Below are positions 63,471 through 64,000 of a stretch of DNA of 64,000 nucleotides, one piece after another. Made by a program: the position numbers and the translations under genes. Origin of the DNA: Basidiobolus meristosporus CBS 931.73. Lineage: Eukaryota; Fungi; Basidiobolomycota. The notes under the pieces were generated by a model that worked only from the letters and a program-made list of their open reading frames with translations, ran no database searches and was not told the DNA's origin. How positions within the stretch are numbered: the stretch's first letter is position 1; the number at the start of each line of letters is the position of its first letter. The stretch is from positions 1 through 64,000 of the forward strand of contig MCFE01000320.1 in assembly GCA_002104905.1 (NCBI GenBank), given 5' to 3'.

Positions 63471-64000
63471 TTATTGCTCCACTCTCTTGGGCACGGATTG
63501 CTCCTTGAATTGCTGCAGCATTTCTTTGGCAATCTCCCGCACAAGAACAGCAGTGTCCTCTTGGCTTAGCCTATCAACCAGTGGAAGTAGGCTGTAATCA
63601 CTGACCAGTCCCTTCGGGCTCAGACTATAATCATAGACCGAACGCAAAATGCGAAGCAAGTTCAGGCGGACCGAGGCTTTTGGATGATTCAGCTTCTCCA
63701 GCAGCTTCTCCATGAAGTTTGCCTTCGCAATGCCTCGATTGACCGGCTTAGAAAGCCGCATCAGCTTATGAAGCGGCTCCAGGAGGTTGATGAAGCTGTT
63801 GTTTTTCGCGTAGATGAAAGCCTTGATGATGGTGCGGATGTTATCTGGAAGCAGCAGAACCGCTTCCACAGCCGTGGGTTCGTCTTGGACCCTGGACAAG
63901 AAACGAAAGTAAATCCGATGATCAACAACGACATCTCCACTCCCAACCCTTACCACACGAGTATGGCCTCCATGGCGTTCACCTGCCAATAGGGGTCTAA
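63471..64000 (-). CDS. sepH: 3' end of a SepH/Cdc7/Cdc15-type septation kinase (runs off window)
   Basis: LLEPLHKLMRLS...LNHPKASVRLNLLRILRSV...EDTAVLVREIAKEML matches the ARM-like C-terminus of SepH/Cdc7; kinase domain not in window. Confidence 0.7.
   Translation of the reverse strand, partial: RPLLAGERHGGHTRVVRVGSGDVVVDHRIYFRFLSRVQDEPTAVEAVLLLPDNIRTIIKAFIYAKNNSFINLLEPLHKLMRLSKPVNRGIAKANFMEKLLEKLNHPKASVRLNLLRILRSVYDYSLSPKGLVSDYSLLPLVDRLSQEDTAVLVREIAKEMLQQFKEQSVPKRVEQ

Overview
Eukaryotic (fungal) genomic DNA with two sharply different compartments. (1) Bases 1 to ~46,730 are an AT-rich, CpG-depleted nest of transposons with no host gene. It contains two Ty1/copia families, both primed by a half initiator-tRNA(Met) site GGTTATGAGCCC; two near-complete young copies lie at 30927-35610 and 39011-43697. 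It also contains four partial or rearranged copies of a CMC/EnSpm (CACTA-like) DNA transposon with CCCTA ends and a head-to-head accessory gene, and solo LTRs of at least three further families. One of these (TGT[A/G]GT...ACCACCACA) repeatedly sits in 4-bp targets with a central CpG. (2) Bases ~46,870-64,000 are a compact, CpG-rich, intron-containing gene island: YSA1/NUDT5 Nudix hydrolase, a FAM214/ATOS-family protein whose re-spliced N-terminus looks like an Atg13-type HORMA domain, two inverted secreted tyrosinase paralogues flanking CDC40/PRP17 and sharing a ~740-bp near-identical tract, NSP1, the AP-2 beta subunit, and the 3' end of a SepH/Cdc7/Cdc15-type kinase. An early-diverging (zygomycete-grade, e.g. 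entomophthoralean) fungus is an inference from gene content and architecture, not a determination. All alignments, counts and splice models were done by eye; edges of degenerate fragments are approximate.
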